A program made the position numbers and the translations under genes. From NCBI GenBank assembly GCA_051362555.1, contig CM120644.1:194954-258953 (forward strand): DNA of 64,000 bases, in the 5' to 3' direction. Shown piece after piece: positions 49,192 to 60,809 of this stretch. The number at the start of each line of letters is the position of its first letter. The stretch's first letter is position 1. The notes under the pieces are model-generated. The model was not told where the DNA came from. It ran no database searches and was given only the letters and a program-made list of their open reading frames with translations. The DNA is from Lingula anatina (taxonomy: Eukaryota > Animalia > Brachiopoda).

Positions 49192-50266
49192 AGTTAAGTA
49201 ATTTAATAAATAAAAGAATAGACTTAATGCATAATGTATCTTCTCCCACCTCGGTTTAGAGGATATATTGAAGACTCGTGACATGACGTCACTGAGATTA
49301 ACTTTTAAAATTTCTCTTGATGGCCATTATCAAGTTTGTGGCTTGCCTCGCGATTCCTCAGCCGGAACTTTTCACGTATGTATGGCACTCACAGGAGACG
49401 CATCAAGCAGAATTAATAGATAAATAACAAATGATAGAATGGAGAAATTAATCGATGCATGGCTTAATGTATCATTAATGAATTAATATAGCAATAATAA
49501 CTATATTTCGACGGAAAAGTTGCTGCGTAATACCCAGTAAAAGTATTCAAAACTAGCTTTGAAATATTTCTATCATACATAACGTCAACCTCGGTGTAAG
49601 GAACAATAAATATAACAGTTCGAAATATAACAGATCGACCTGAAACCACTCAACAACCTTGAAGACCACATTCAAGTTTTCAAGTCCAGATTTTTTAGGA
49701 ACGATAAACTTAGTATCGTTGTCCTGCCATTTAGATCATACCGGTATAATCCTTCCATGCACTTTGCCTCCGTTACTTGTGAACTTAGAAAAAAAAGATC
49801 AGACGGGGGTGACGTCGGCCTCCATGTTGCTTACCTTGATCACCGGGCGTTGATGGTCACACATGATGAACTTAGAGCAGTCCGACATGACAACCTTGTG
49901 TCTGTTTTCATGTTCCAGCTCATCATCTTCCAGGATACAGATGTTTGTGTCAACTGCCAAATCAAAGAGTTACACATATGTTATAGTGTACGTTTATATG
50001 TAAAACAGATTGTTTAATCTGATATCAAACGGCACAAAACTGTTTTCAAAAGATATGTTATAAGTATGCCAGGTTCCCTCCTCAAGAACTGCGAATTAAA
50101 AAGAAACACAAAAAGACAAATAAATGGATGAATAAATAAATAAATAAAAGGATAATCGACGCATAAGTATCATGAAATAGTTTTGACGATTCTCGCAGTG
50201 TGAATCTCCATTCATTTCATCTGAAAGAATACGGTAGTGTAGCAGAGGTAATAAATTAATCTATGT

Positions 50267-50300
<34 letters not shown>

Positions 50301-50397
50301 GTAAATAAAATAATAACTTACTAGCGTCTTTTGTATCTTGTGCCACAACAAAACCTACGAACAATAATCCCACCAGACACCAAAAGACGGCCGCCAT
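45631..50397 (-). CDS. Secreted chitin-binding type-2 + laminin G domain protein (Pif/BMSP-like, no VWA), 9 exons, 408 aa
   Basis: Phase-consistent exons, in transcript order: 50322-50397, 49835-49953, 48975-49077, 48655-48732, 47820-47963, 47225-47592, 46620-46728, 45957-46063, 45631-45753 (1227 nt). Signal peptide MAAVFWCLVGLLFVGFVVA. Peritrophin-A DCSKFIMC...CPNNTLFHPENLYCD. Thr/Pro linker, then a reduced CBD-like module ending CDC. LamG WHHVAFVFNGTHYFIYVDG...FKGLLDNIVFYDVALS. Confidence 0.88.
46128..46267. mobile_element. PIF/Harbinger-like MITE
   Basis: Imperfect TIRs of about 33 bp (GGCCCCGTAACCCAAAAACATCGCGCATTGCGA / TCGCAATACGCGATGCTTTGGAGTTACTGGTCC) flanked by CAG on both sides. Confidence 0.65.
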
Positions 50398-51256
50398 ATT
50401 GTCGTGTACTGGTAAGGTTTGAGCTTATCAACCGGGGTCTTACTGTTCTTGCTCGAGTTGCCACCTTAACGTTAAGACGCCCTAGCTTAATGACATGTTC
50501 AGTGTGTTAATGGCAACATTAATGGAAATGACACCACATTATAACTAAATCTTTTACACCTTTGTGGTGTACATGTGAGCAATTCTGTTGGCCTATACAC
50601 ATTAAAACATCAGCTCTTGAATTTGAACTAGTGTTGTAAAGATATAAATAATGACAATCAACTACCAACACTGGCATGATTCATTTTATTATTTGATGAT
50701 GATTTTAACACTTTGGTGTTTATTTTTCCTTTAAAGTTTAGAACCAAAATTGTACAAAATATCAGTATATCGCTCTCTGCAGTTGCAACACATACCGGTT
50801 ATGTCACCAGACACACGCGTCTCTCTTGTTGCAAACATTTAAGCAAATGAAGAGGTTCTTGTAAATTTCCTCAAACTTTTAATTTGCCTGCGAATGTGCC
50901 ACAAATTTGCAGCAACTGTAATTCTTCTTGCAAAGACTTGCAAAACCTTTGTCGCTTTTTTTTTTTTTTTTTGGGGGGGGGGGGCTTTGCTGCATTTTGT
51001 TTATTAGGGTATTAAGCGTTTATCTGTCGATTTGAAAGCAAAGTATTTGTCATATCTCTATCAACAAGTCTACATTGTCAGTCTATATTATTTACATAAA
51101 CTTATTGAGATTTGGCTGACAATTTCTTGGAAAAAGTTTTCTATTTGTTTCTTACTCTATTACTCTATGCCGGTATAGAATACACGGGTTGTTTCAAACT
51201 TTTTTCTGTCAGCAGTCTGTGATTAAGAACAATCACAATCGCAAAGGTTAATTATT

Positions 51257-51425
51257 CAGGCCCGTGGCCCGGGGGGGGGGGGGGGGGGGGGGGGGAACCG
51301 CCCCTTTTGCTGGAAAAAGGTCCACTCTGGGTAAAATTTGATCTAGGTGCATGAAGTTTTTATGGGAAAATGTCCACTTTTTCAGAAAAAGAACCCCCCT
51401 TTTGAAATTGGTGGATACGGGTCTG
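51257..51425. mobile_element. Short hAT-like MITE with G-run
   Basis: CAGGCCCGTGGCC ... GGATACGGGTCTG termini, TTATT direct repeat on both flanks. Confidence 0.6.
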
Positions 51426-51848
51426 TTATTACAGCCCTGACGCCACGTGATGGAGATTAACAAATCAGATTTGATGAACTTTCACAGGATTTAATTGCAA
51501 GCATTTATTACGTCATGCATATTATGCCTCTCTTATTTATCTTAATAATATCATTCGTAAATTCTGTTTTAATATGAAGAGCACAGAGAAAAACTGCACC
51601 TCATGATGTAGTTAACATTTTCCACTTTTTACATATTGAATAATTGGGTTAAAACAGGGGCAATGATGTTTTGATTATCACGGGATTGGCAACACGACGT
51701 GGAGGTTAAAAAAAAAGACCTGGGAAGTTTGCAGACGTTGCAAGCTGTTTACGAATTGTGGTATCTCAAAAAAAAAAAAAAAAAAAAAAAAACTTTTCAC
51801 TCTGTCATTATAAGCACGTTAATTATTACAACCTTGGCGTACAACCAG

Positions 51849-52175
51849 TGTAATTTCGATATCTATAAAAATAATCTTCGATGTTTTAATTAATTATTCC
51901 AATCCTGACATAACGAGATGAAAATTGACAAACAAAAGCTGATAAGTTTTCAGATGATTCATCTAATGATTTTATTACATCATGTTAGTAAATCAAGGTA
52001 ATAGCTTTATTATCCTGTAATTTTGATATCTATAAAAGTAATCTTCAATGTTTTAATTAATTATTACAATCTTGACATAACGAGGGAAAGATTGACAAAA
52101 AGAGCTGATAAGTTTTCAGATGATTTATCTAATGATCCTTTCACATTATGTAAGCTAATCAATGTAATAGCTGTA
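51849..52175. repeat. About 168-bp tandem duplication upstream of the defensin 5' exon
   Basis: TGTAATTT(C/T)GATATCTATAAAA.TAATCTTC.ATGTTTTAATTAATTATT... at about 51849 and 52016. Confidence 0.8.
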
Positions 52176-52623
52176 TTCACCCTATAAAAGCTAACTTCTT
52201 TGCACATTGTTCTCTATCCGTGATTTGGTTGCAGCTTGTACGCTGAAGCTTAATTATTACAGGAGATAGCAAAAGGTAAGAATGTATGCATGTCTGTCAG
52301 ATACACTTGTACTTGTAGCAACTTGTAATGAAACCTGGCCTAGGGAAAAAAATAACAGGGATACGGTGTGGAGCCGCGAGTGCGAAGTTGAAGCAGATTT
52401 TCTGACGTCATGATAAGATAATATTTTTTGTCTTTCGGCATTTTGAGCAGAAAAATCATCTGCCAGAAAATCCGCTTCAATTTCACAGTCGCTTCTCCAC
52501 GCTGTCTACTTCCCGCTAAAAATGACCAGGCAGCTTCACGTCTTACACCACTTGACGTCATATAACGCGCACTTCAGGCAAATCCTCCTCCAGTTCCCTT
52601 TATTGGGAATTTACATGATCAGT

Positions 52624-52679
52624 ATGAAGATTGTCGCGTTGATTGGCTTTTTTTGCCGTTGTCTTGATGTTTGCTCTGG
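52624..52679 (+). pseudogene. Defensin paralog 1: frameshifted signal-peptide exon, mature-peptide exon missing
   Basis: Homologous to 54165-54210. It reads MKIVALIGFFAVVLMFAL only if one T of a T7 run is removed. Donor GTTAGT. The intron start then runs into sequence (about 52870-53085) homologous to DNA downstream of the intact gene (about 57580-57680 and 58208-58280), with no GFGC exon in between. Confidence 0.7.
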
Positions 52680-54164
52680 GTTAGTACCTCTCAGTATTTG
52701 TGAATTGACTGAAAATCATCATAGATAGAGATATAATGTAACTCTATTTAGTTATTTCTGAGATTTTTAAACTTTTGATATCAGGCAAAGCAACGTAGAA
52801 AGACCGGCCAATGAGCTCATAAAGTCAAATATTATTTAGTTTAATGATTTCGTTATCTCTATATTATTATTTGTGCCTCACACGGTTGAGTTTCAGTAAA
52901 AAACTTTGCAACATTGCATTTTTGAAGAGCTACTGTAGTTTGATAAATGTACAAGACAACCTACACGTTTCAGTAGTTTTCAAGGTTGCTGTTCAAGCTG
53001 TGACACAGTAAGTTCGGTTAGATCATCTTTGATTTTAAAAGCAGAGTCAGTACCTCTTTATTTTCTAAACGGTTAAGACAACCTAGCAAGTTTTAGGTCG
53101 AAGCAAACAAAAAATCCTTGCTGAGCTTTAAAAAGCTATATTTTCCTTTAACCCGCTTTGGTCACTAGACAATGTTGCAATTTATTACAACAATTAAATC
53201 ACTGAAATCTAAAGTATACTTCAATATTCAAACCTTTACTGTATAATATTCCACGTTGTGCAAACACTTAGATATTTTCAAAATAATCTTCTTGGGCGCC
53301 ATTGATTCAGTGGAAAGGAGGACAATGTTTAACACTTGTGCAAACAATTGACTGGTAGGAGCATCGGTTAAGCTGAGTAGATCTGGGGGTTGTGTCAATT
53401 TCTAGTCGGTGACTAAACTAAACGTGAAATAATTTATATTGCAAAATTGCGTATTTTAATTTTAACATTTGTTAAAAAGTTGGAAACAAGTTTTCTAGAG
53501 GGTATTCTTACAGTCTAAAACGTTTATATTTTTATCCTTTTCTTCTGAGTGCCATCAGTTGAGAGAAATGTGTAATAAAAGATGAAAAGTTTAAGAAAAA
53601 AGGACATTGATTTATCAGTATATGAGAATGCAAATGGTGTAATAATTTTACGGAGGAGTAATTAGTATTTTCAAAATAGAAAAAAATGCAAATTACTAAC
53701 AAAATTATCCAAATAAACCGTTTTAAAACTGTAAGTTATATTAATAAATTGATGGGTCCAGTGGTTTAGTCGGGCTCTGCAAATGTATTGCGGGGTTTCT
53801 TTGGTATGTTTTGAATATAAGTAAATGCAATAATACATGTATGACTTGTAGACATTTTAACTCTGTCTTTTGATACATGTACATCACTTATAAATACTAT
53901 TTAAGACAACTGTAATAAGAAGGAGAAACATCAGCAGCTGCTAGTCAATGCAAAACATAAAGGAGGTCGTGTAATTATTCTACCAATTTTTATAGACATA
54001 TTAATTTATCCATCACGGCAAATGCAAAAGCCAGAAATACAGAACACCCCATTAAGACCTAAAATAATTATTGTACACAATTAATTTGGTCATTGTGTTT
54101 CTCTGTTTATAAATATGTTATTCTATTAATTTGCAGCACGCTATTGTGAATTAACGTCATCAGT

Positions 54165-54830
54165 ATGAAGGTTGTCGCATTCCTCGCCATTGTCTTGATG
54201 TTTTCATTGGGTAAGTACCTCTGTCAGTGTTCATGAAGTGGCACTAGAGGAACATAAATAATATACGCCATTTAACAAGACTTCTTTTATTACTTCATTT
54301 TGGTATTAAGCAAAGGACACGTGTATAGTAGGGGGCGGATCCAGGATTATTTGAAGGTGTGGAGGGTCCGCGGATGCGAAGCTGACCCTCCCCCCTTGGC
54401 GTGGGGTTCAGGGCTCGCTGAAGGGGGGTCGGCGAAAATAATTGGTATTTTAGAGGGCTAACAGTGCCATTTGGTACGGTTTAGAACTACAATACAGCTA
54501 GTCAAAATTCTAATTTGAAGAGGGAAACTTTGGTGTGATATTTTTAGAAATCGAAGAGGGGGAGGGGGGACAGGACCCCCTGACCCCCTCTAAATCCGCC
54601 AGTTTATAGTAAGTGCAGATATCAAACAGGACAATGAAGTCCTTTTTTTAGTTTTATGATGAAAATACAGCAGCCATGCTTTTCTTATTCCAGTGGTCGA
54701 CCAAGCAAACGCTGGGTTTGGCTGTCCATTTGATCAGAATCGATGTCATAACCACTGCAGGTATAACACTAAACCTGACAACTGCGGAGGCTACTGCAAC
54801 AGGTTCACGTGCACGTGCTACAAGTGCTAA
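54165..54830 (+). CDS. Mollusc-type CS-alpha-beta defensin precursor (8 Cys), 60 aa
   Basis: join(54165..54210,54694..54830), GTAAGT donor, TTCCAG acceptor, phase 1: [22 protein letters not shown] / [43 protein letters not shown] start, CxxxC, GYC and CTC motifs as in MGD-1 and Cg-Def. Confidence 0.93.
54331..54603. mobile_element. GGGGCGGATCC-type MITE in the defensin intron
   Basis: GGGGGCGGATCCAGG ... TAAATCCGCCAGT termini. Flanks GTATAGTA / TTATAGTA give a 7/8 TSD, hAT-like. Confidence 0.65.
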
Positions 54831-57240
54831 AGGCTGGGTCACACTGCGCTTGCAACCTTTTGGCAACCTCTTTGCAACCTCAGTCGCAAGGAGGTTGCCC
54901 TAGGTTTTAAAGTGGTCGCATTAGGTTGCAAACAGGTCGCCTGCGATCGTTTACACACGAAGGCCATTTTTTTGGCACCGACAACCAGTGCGACTGATAA
55001 TGAAAACGATTGGTAACTGAGAGGTTGCCTATAGGTCTCCTCTTGGTTGCCAGTAGGTCGCTGTAACCAGACTAAAACCAGTCGCATACCACCTGTAACT
55101 GCACGGTCGATTGACGGTCTTTAGTCGCTTAGTTGCAAACAGGTTACTAACCGGTTGCAAGCGGTGGGCAGCAGGTCGCAAGGAGGTTGCAGTTGAAACT
55201 TCATGGTCGATTAACGGTCTTTAGTCGCTTGGTCTCTAACAGGTTTCTTACAGCTCGCATGCACTCGAAAACATGTCGCGAGAAGGTCGCAAGCAACCGT
55301 GATAAAATAAGCGTAGGATGGTGGCCACTAAATATATAAATATATTTTTCATTTATATCATGCCATTAAGGCTTTCTAAATACCTTGACAAAAATCGTTA
55401 TTTCTCAATTAAAACGTAGATTGTATTTGTTGTCATCCTTTTAAATTTATTTACAAGGTTTTCATAAGTATTTTTTTTCAATAAAATAAATAAATGTATG
55501 AGTCCCTATCAGCCACCATACTTGACTAAAAGTGTTGTAAATAGAAGCCGCTGAGCCCGTGTCTTCAGTCCCCAGTATGTCATCCAACAGCGTGGGAAGG
55601 GTGGCCAGAATGTATTTTGAGAAAGCAAATGCCCGTGAAGAAAGTTCTTCACAAAGTTCCAACACAGACTCTGCTTCCCACGAAGAGAATCAACAGAAAG
55701 ATGATGAACGCGGAGGAGACAGGGAGCCTAAATTTACTATTAAAGAGGAAGAAAAATTAGTTGATTTTTTTAAGGAAAACGAGTTTTTCTATAACCAACA
55801 ATTGAAAGACTTTAAAAACAAATCAAATAAAGTGCCAAAACAATCAATAATGATTATCACAATGTAAACGATAAACTGTTATCTTTTTATCCATTCCTAT
55901 ATCATGGTTAATTTTTGACAACTATTGTTGTCAAATCTACTGGAAACATTTTTAATGACTAAAGCAGCCGGAAATATCTTACTTTTTAATTTGCCAAGTC
56001 ATAATTTGCCAAGTCACAATGGAAGAAAAATTAAGCAAATAGGCGGGCGCAGAGAAAAAAGTAAATAGCAAAGTTTGATTCATTCTTTTTACAATAAATT
56101 TAATTGTCAGGCATTTTTATAACAGTAAAACAGTGTCACCAATATAAAGAAGGTCAAATAAATACAAATTAACTTCCTCCCAGTACTTAGAATTCGTACC
56201 ACAAGGACGGAAACAAATTGATGACGCGCAGGATCCTTCACTATTTAAAGATGTTGTATTGTAAGTGTAACGCTTGGGGCTACAAAGACAAAGGGAAAAC
56301 CACACAATCGGTCGCAAATCAGTTGCTAAGCAGTCGGCGACCTTTTAGCAACCGGTTGGATACCACAAATAGGCTTTTCGGTCGCCAGGAGGTTTTCGGT
56401 GCTGCACCGAAAACCGGCGCGACCGGATAGTAACCCAGCGTTCATTTGGAGACCACTTTGCGAGTTGTTGCAACTTGTCGCCCACCTTTCTGCAACCGGT
56501 ACAGTTGCAAGTCGCAAGGAGGTTTTATGTTCAGTGTGACCGTAACTGCACAGGCCTTGCGACCTCAAAGATACCAAGTATTGAAAAAAGAAACTATGCA
56601 TGCCTATTACTACATTAATAAGGCTGAAAAAACATCCAAATATGTGTTTTATTACACCACTGGTTTGATATAAATGCCAATATATAGTACAAATATATTT
56701 CTTATTTATTATTGTAAGTTTGACAATATTGGTAGTACAGAAATCGACTGTGACGTTATAACAGAATCTCATAGCAGAATCATACTTTAATATTCAAAAT
56801 ATTAAATCATTTGAAGCTGCTACGGAACGGATCCAATCGTTGTATAATAATGTTTAAAATATTCCCTCTGTTGTCATCCGAGAGGGAAATTTACGAGAAG
56901 GTAGCTATCGTCACAACTTATAAAATATATATAGTCTGTGCAACCTTGCTGCTACCAGTTGGCAAGCGATCGCTACAGTCCTGCAACCGGTTTTCAGTCT
57001 CCAAGTGGTTGCTGACAGGTTGTTTATCGCTCGCCTAACGGTGTGCGACTGGTAACCTCTGACTTGAAGATTGTCTGTAAGAGGTTGCAGATACCATACT
57101 GTAACCTTGTTGCAACCGGTTAGCAACTGCTTGCCGATCAAAATATGCAAATTAGGTCGCAAAGTGATCGCAAGCGACCACCAGATTTTGTGGTTGCAAA
57201 GAGGTTGCCAAAAGGTTGCAAGCGCAGTGTGACCCAGCCT
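54831..57240. mobile_element. PIF/Harbinger-type non-autonomous DNA transposon, 2410 bp
   Basis: Perfect 49-bp TIRs (AGGCTGGGTCACACTGCGCTTGCAACCTTTTGGCAACCTCTTTGCAACC), flanks TAA / TTA, many GGTTGC/GGTCGC subterminal repeats. Internal remnant 55559-55867 (EEEKLVDFFKENEFFYNQQLKDFKNK) resembles the start of a MADF/Myb-SANT domain. No transposase ORF. Confidence 0.88.
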
Positions 57241-57710
57241 TTAGGGAAGTAAACAGACAGGTGAGTCTCCTTCAGTCACCATTGTTCTTGAATGATCCTG
57301 GATACATAGCCAGTAGGCTTGAGATTGGCCAACGTTACTAAAAAATTTGTAATGAAAATTTTAATGTAGTTTTATTAGCTTTCTTTAAACTTAAAGGGGC
57401 TGACTTTTTTCTCTTTTTTAGACCCGTGGCAAAATGAAATCTGGATACAAGTGCAGGACAAGTTGGAAACAAGTTTGATAAGGCTTTGTTCTATCTAATG
57501 TCAGACTTTATTCTAATTTTAATTTGCAACGTGGCATTTGGGCAAATAAAGATGTCTTGAAGCAAGAGCTGATTTACTGTGTCTTACACAATTGAGTTTT
57601 CAGAAAAAAAACTTTGTGATGTTGCATATTTGTACAAGACAGCCTAGTTTTGGAAGTAGTTATTAAGGCAGTGACACAGTCTCCCATTTATTCTCCTTTG
57701 CCCTGTTGAC

Positions 57711-57751
<41 letters not shown>

Positions 57752-59555
57752 CACTTTCCTCTCTCGTCTCTCTTATTTCTCCCTTTTTCCAATTCATGCA
57801 CTCACTTAATATTGCTTTTCCATATTCTCCCTCTATCATAGTACTTCTACTGGCATTCAGTCTTTCCTATTTTATGTCCTTCTTCTCTTCTCATCTTCTG
57901 TCTCTCTTTACCACTTTTACTAACAAAAATTCTAAGTCACGAAATAGAGACAATGGATAACAGTGCTTTATTGAAAATGTACCTTTTCCCTTCTGACCTT
58001 AAAAGGAATGTTCTGAATATGTGAGGGGATATAATTGTTTAACCACTTAGGTGGGAGTCAATCTTATTACAATCTTACTTACCCTTTGATATCATGGGGC
58101 CCCTAAAATACTGTACAAAATCACACTGCACGGCGCTTGTCAAGTTTTTTTTCGTCACAGACTACTATAGAGCTCCCTGTGTTCAGAGAGTATGTCTCAC
58201 TAACACACGGTAAGATCATCTTTGATTTTAAAAGCAAGGTCAATACCTTTTACAATCATTTTCTTAATAGTTAAGACAACGTAAGACCGTATTTGATCTT
58301 AAATCGCAGAATGAGACCATTGCATACACACTAGTGGTCGAACCTTTCAAACCAAAACACAAAATTTGACATTTAAAAATTCCAAGGCAAAAAAAAAAAA
58401 AAAGCTTTTTGTGGTCGTTTCATTTTTTCAAACTAACTTTTTTCTGATGTGGCAGCCTAGATTCTGACTTTTTAAAAAGTGTTAATTGTAGGGATTATGG
58501 AAGCGGTATTTTAGAATAATCAGTTATTTTCATACGCCATATATTTTTCATAATGTGTATTATAATGATGATGATGATGACGATGATAAGTCCATCATTT
58601 GTAATACAGTTTTATTGTATTTCGTATTATACCGTTGGCAAAAGTAACATTCTAGGATTTAGGGCTCTTTATCTACATGGGAAATTTGGACGTTTGAAAT
58701 CTTTGCTGAATTGAATTATGCAGAAATTGATAAATAAAACATAAGTGGATTCTAGGTAAATGAATTTTGGTTATTTGGAGCCCACGGCACAATAAGAATA
58801 TAAGGAGTGTGTAAAATTTTTGCGTTTCTGTAACTTAAAAAAACTCTTAATATGTGCTACTATATGCATAAATACAAAAACAAGAACTTTCTGCACTAAA
58901 AGTGACGGTAGTGGCAAATTTAAAGATCAAATATTAATCACAATTCAGTCGCATAATCTTTCTTCTTTCGCTGCGTTATTTCTGGACACAAAAATATTTA
59001 TAAAGGGAAATTCACTTACACAATGCAAAAAAAAAAAAAAAAGACAATCTCACAAGACTAAATACAGACCGAGTCAGTTATCCAGACAGTATTTAATATG
59101 AAAAATTCCTGAATTTTCAAAGAAGACTCATGTCTGGAGAAGACTGGATACTTCAAGCTTTTATAAAACACAATAAATGTAGCGTAAGACATTCCTCCCA
59201 GGATAACCAACATCTTATTCATGCGGGACAATCTCACAAACAGACGTTAACAGGTTGTTAATATTGACTAAGAATATTTATGAATATAGTAATTTTATAA
59301 TAATTCTAATAACGTTTTCGTTGCATTGAACATAAGATCAATTACGACCAAAAAGCCAACACTGTAGTGGTGGCGATGCTCTCCAGGCTGTCGGCACCGT
59401 CACTGTTATTTCCAGATTTAACCGAAATAACTCCGTATGGGCAACGGGAGTTCCAGTCTGTTGCTATTATTTTCATTATTCGTCAAATCATGTACCCGGT
59501 AAACAAGTGCAAGGATTTATTCCCAAATTGTTTCTTCCAATCGTTAGAGTCACAT

Positions 59556-59735
59556 TTATCCTATGATGGTTTTACAGGTAGTATAGTAGTCGTACAGAGG
59601 GCAACCTAACAGGTCTGCTCGTAGAGTGATATGGTTGTGGAAACTGACCGGATTAATTCTAACGTACCTGGCCACTACAGGGGGGTCAAGATAACGCACC
59701 TGGGGGACGAAGGGGTGCCAGTTACCTTCAAACAC
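59556..59735 (-). CDS. Terminal exon of an F5/8 type C (discoidin) domain protein, partial
   Basis: Acceptor TATTTCCAG, then VFEGNWHPFVPQVRYLDPPVVARYVRINPVSFHNHITLRADLLGC...*. This matches the FA58C C-terminal pattern F.GN...PP..ARYVRI.P......LR.EL.GC. Upstream exons not found in the window. Confidence 0.8.
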   Translation of the reverse strand: MFEGNWHPFVPQVRYLDPPVVARYVRINPVSFHNHITLRADLLGCPLYDYYTTCKTIIG

Positions 59736-59983
59736 CTGGAAATAAGACAAAACTTTAGTGATATCACTAGGGACGTCACTAGAACAGGTTGCAGATAATT
59801 TAAAGAGCCAAAAGAACGCGGAAATAATTTTATCAGTGTTCAATCAAACATCACCTGCTGAAGACTTTTGTCTACTCTGGTTTAGCCCTAAGCCCTGTTT
59901 TTTTCTGGACAAATCTGTGGTGGAATTATAAAATAAGGTAACCGCTTGCCCGGAGCAAAACTGTTTATACATTCTTTAATATA

Positions 59984-60220
59984 GGGGAGACCGGGGCTAG
60001 TAGGACCCTGGGGTAATTTGGAAAAATACCTACGAGGTTGGACTACAAATTAAGCAAAGATTCTCAAAATCAATTAAATATGAATAAATGCGTAAAAATA
60101 CATTTTCTGATACATTATTTAAGTATATGGTGCCACCTTGCCCCGACCCTGGGGCCACGTGGCTCACAATTTGACAAAAAAAAAATCATTTCAGGTGGGC
60201 CAACTAGCCCCTGTCTCCCC
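59984..60220. mobile_element. Tc1/mariner-type MITE
   Basis: TIRs GGGGAGACCGGGGCTAGT / ACTAGCCCCTGTCTCCCC with TA on both flanks. Confidence 0.75.
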
Positions 60221-60657
60221 TAGTCTCAATTCGTTATTTACGGGGACAACCACATTTTACTCTTGGGTCAATTAAAGAAAAGATATTTGTCACTTTCACC
60301 TATGTCTTACCTCCTGCCTTAGAATAGTTTGTTATCATAACTCAAAATTAAGTCAAGGGGTCATTAGGTCAATAAACCATTACAAAATATCTTTTACTGA
60401 TTGACGAAAGCATTTCCACGCCTATTTTGCAGGGGAATCCTCCACCACTGGCTTCAGCCTGTTGCAGTCTAGTTATTATTATTATTGAGAAGAAAACTTC
60501 TTCCATGTCATGGCTCCTTAAACAATGTCATGCAATGTAATAAATCAGTGGCCGATAGACACTGCCATTGTTATTACTATTATTTTTGTTATTATTCTAT
60601 ACCATGGCTCCTTAAACAACGTCCTGCAAGATAACAGATAAGCAGCTGGTATATGCC

Positions 60658-60774
60658 TAAAACAAATTGTTGAATCTGATATCAAACGGCGCAAAACTGT
60701 TTTCAAAAGATATGTTATAAGTATGCCAGGTTCCCTCCTCAAGAACTGAGAATTAAATAGAAACACAAAAAAGA

Positions 60775-60809
<35 letters not shown>

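Noticed and set aside
52605-52614. NF-kB-like site GGGAATTTAC near the defensin
   Set aside because: A single imperfect match inside the broken copy, not conserved in the other two paralogs.
55559-55867. 102-aa ORF as a host gene
   Set aside because: It lies inside the TIR element and is a truncated MADF-like transposon remnant.
54829-57242. Spy-type (AAA|TTT, no TSD) classification of the large TIR element
   Set aside because: The flanks can be read that way. However, the related element at 62175 has a clear TAA TSD, the MADF-like remnant fits Harbinger, and the TWA reading restores a sensible LGK terminus. Disfavoured, not excluded.
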